From Trueperaceae bacterium (GTDB taxonomy: Bacteria; Deinococcota; Deinococci; Deinococcales; Trueperaceae), in NCBI GenBank assembly GCA_034520945.1, contig JAXHNB010000010.1:32001-96000 (forward strand): 64,000 bases of DNA, written 5' to 3'. The translations under genes and the position numbers were made by a program. Below the pieces are notes generated by a model, which worked only from the letters and a program-made list of their open reading frames with translations, made no database searches and was not told where the DNA came from. Of the stretch, positions 61,057-64,000 are shown one piece after another. The stretch's first letter is position 1. Every line of letters begins with the position of its first letter.

Positions 61057-62126
61057 ATGAACGCCTACGCGTCGGCCCTCGAACGGGTCCTCCGTCCCGC
61101 CGTCGAGGCCGGCGAGATCCCCGGCGCCACCGCGGTGGCCGGCACCGCGAGCGATCGCTGCCCGCCGGTCGCGCTGGGCGTGCGGCGCAGCGGCGGCGCG
61201 GCGGTCACATTCGACACGCGCTACGACCTGGCCTCCCTCACCAAGGTGGTCGGCACCCTCCCCTCGGTGCTGCGCCTGGCCGGGGAGGGCGAGGTCGGCC
61301 TGGACGACCGTCTGGGCCGGTACTTCTCGAACGCCGGGTGGTTCCAGTCGCCGTCGCTGGCCGACGTGACGCCGCGCGCGTTGCTGACGCACACCGCGGG
61401 CCTGCCGTCGTGGGCGCCGCTGTTCGCGCGGGCGCCTTCGCGCCTGACCGCGCGGGCGGCGGTGTTGCAGAGCGAGGTGCCCCACCCGCAGGGACGCGTG
61501 CGGTACAGCGATTTGGGGTTCATGCTGGCGGGGATGCTGGTGGAGCGCGTCAGCGGGCTGCGCCTGGACGCGTTCGTGCACGCCCACCTGGCCGCGCCGC
61601 TGGGGTTGGACGGCTTGGCGTACGGCCCGCTACGGGGCGCGCCCGTCGCGGCGACGGAGGACTGCGGCTGGCGCATGCGCCTTCTGGAGGGCGAGGTGCA
61701 CGACGAGAACGCCTGGGTCATGGACGGCGTGGCGGGGCACGCCGGCCTGTTCGGGACTGCCGATGACCTGGCCGGGTACGCGCAGGCCTGGCTGCGGCGC
61801 GACGCGCGGTTGGCGCCGCCCGAGCTGTTGGACCAGGCGACCACGCGGCACACGCCCGAGGACGCGCCGGCGCGCGGCCTGGGGTGGGTGCTGAGCGGCC
61901 CAGGCGGCGCGCGCCTGTCGCACGACGACCGTGAGCCATCCGTGGATTGGCGCGGGCCCCACGGCTTCGGCCACACCGGGTTCACCGGCACCAGCCTGTG
62001 GATCGACCCGGCGGCGGGCACCTTCGCGGTCCTGCTCACCAACCGGGTCCACCCGCACCGCGCAGGGGGCCAGGCGATCGGACGCATCCGGCGCGACCTG
62101 CACCGCGCGGTCGCGGAGGTGGCGGC

Positions 62127-62130
<4 letters not shown>
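61057..62130 (+). CDS. Beta-lactamase-family serine hydrolase (AmiE/YbbE-like)
   Basis: DLASLTK (SxxK), LLTHTAG, YSD, GEVHDENA, GHAGLF, GHTGFTGT; no signal peptide. Confidence 0.88.
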
Positions 62131-63350
<1,220 letters not shown>

Positions 63351-63515
63351 GCCACCTCGGTGCGGCGCCACGGCCGCGCATCCCCAACCGGAAGCGAACC
63401 ACGCGTGATACGGTTCGCGATGCTACGAACCGAGCGACGCTCGGCCCGAGGCCGAACGGCGTCGCCACGTCGCTCGGTGCCAATTGAACCTCGCACTCCG
63501 AAGGGAGTACGCTTC

Positions 63516-64000
63516 ATGAACCATGTTCGACGCTCGGTTGGTTCTTTGCTCGCGCTGGTGCTCGTGACGCTGCTCGGCGGCGGCCACGCCCAAGGCGACG
63601 TGGCCGGCACCTGGCAGGGACGCATCGAGCTCCCCGGTTCGCCCCTGGAGGTCGAGGTCACCCTCCAGATGCAGGACGGCGCTTGGGGCGGCTCGATCGA
63701 CATCCCGGCGCAAGGCGCGCGTGATCTACCGCTTGCCGAGGTGCGCGTGGACGGGCCCGAGGTGCACTTCGGCATCGAGGGCGTGCAGGGCGATCCGACC
63801 TTCGACGGTACCCACACCGAAGGGCGCATCGAGGGAACCTTCGTGCAGGGTGGCCAGGAGGCCCCGTTCACGCTTTCGCGCGCCGAAGGTGAAGGCGAAG
63901 GCGAAGAAGGCGATCGCGACGACGCACAGGCAGGCAGTGGCGCGCAGCCGCCCGGGCCCAGCGGCCAAGACGCGGGCGACGCGGAGCGCGTGGAGGATCC
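63516..64000 (+). CDS. Secreted protein, 3' truncated by window edge; N-terminal beta-rich domain of the kind found on secreted hydrolases
   Basis: GGGAG RBS; signal peptide (GHA-Q); GTWQGRIELPG...SIDIPAQGA...FDG...IEGTFVQGG..PFTL then acidic linker; frame open to window end. Confidence 0.7.
   Translation, partial: MNHVRRSVGSLLALVLVTLLGGGHAQGDVAGTWQGRIELPGSPLEVEVTLQMQDGAWGGSIDIPAQGARDLPLAEVRVDGPEVHFGIEGVQGDPTFDGTHTEGRIEGTFVQGGQEAPFTLSRAEGEGEGEEGDRDDAQAGSGAQPPGPSGQDAGDAERVED

Overview
High-GC bacterial chromosomal window, most consistent with Deinococcota (Trueperaceae-like). This is inferred from the murG-murC-murB-ftsQ-ftsA-ftsZ order, the FtsZ tail YDIPAFLRY, the rpsO-pnp-rnj block and several apparently leaderless genes. 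1-17 kb is core genome: the end of the dcw cluster, NUDIX, ribF, rlmB, an S9 peptidase, rpsO-pnp-rnj and tRNA-Pro(GGG). After the tRNA lies a small lower-GC scar with a truncated DUF3800-like ORF and an orphan XRE antitoxin-like gene. 18-36 kb is mixed accessory and housekeeping genes: an ABC exporter, DUF3006 plus a ComEC-like nuclease, csp, a DEAD helicase, prfC with a PNK-type phosphatase, heme A synthase, a Met/His-rich two-component system and a CFA-synthase-like methyltransferase. The most notable region is 36.7-50.3 kb, an apparently self-contained anaerobic sulfur-respiration module. It holds mobA; a MolABC-like importer with two unusual domain fusions (a ModA-like segment on the binding protein and a second P-loop NTPase on the ATPase); a Tat-exported PsrABC-type molybdoenzyme; a secreted rhodanese; a MenK/MqnK-type menaquinone methyltransferase (QxTxYPLM motif); and ldhA-lctP. 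50.3-63.4 kb is a divergent peptidoglycan-scavenging regulon (murQ, GntR, peptide ABC | sugar ABC, namZ, sugar kinase, AmiE-like hydrolase, anmK) driven by two mirror-image promoters. No CRISPR array, integrase, transposase or rRNA was seen. All family calls are by motif recognition from memory, not database search.
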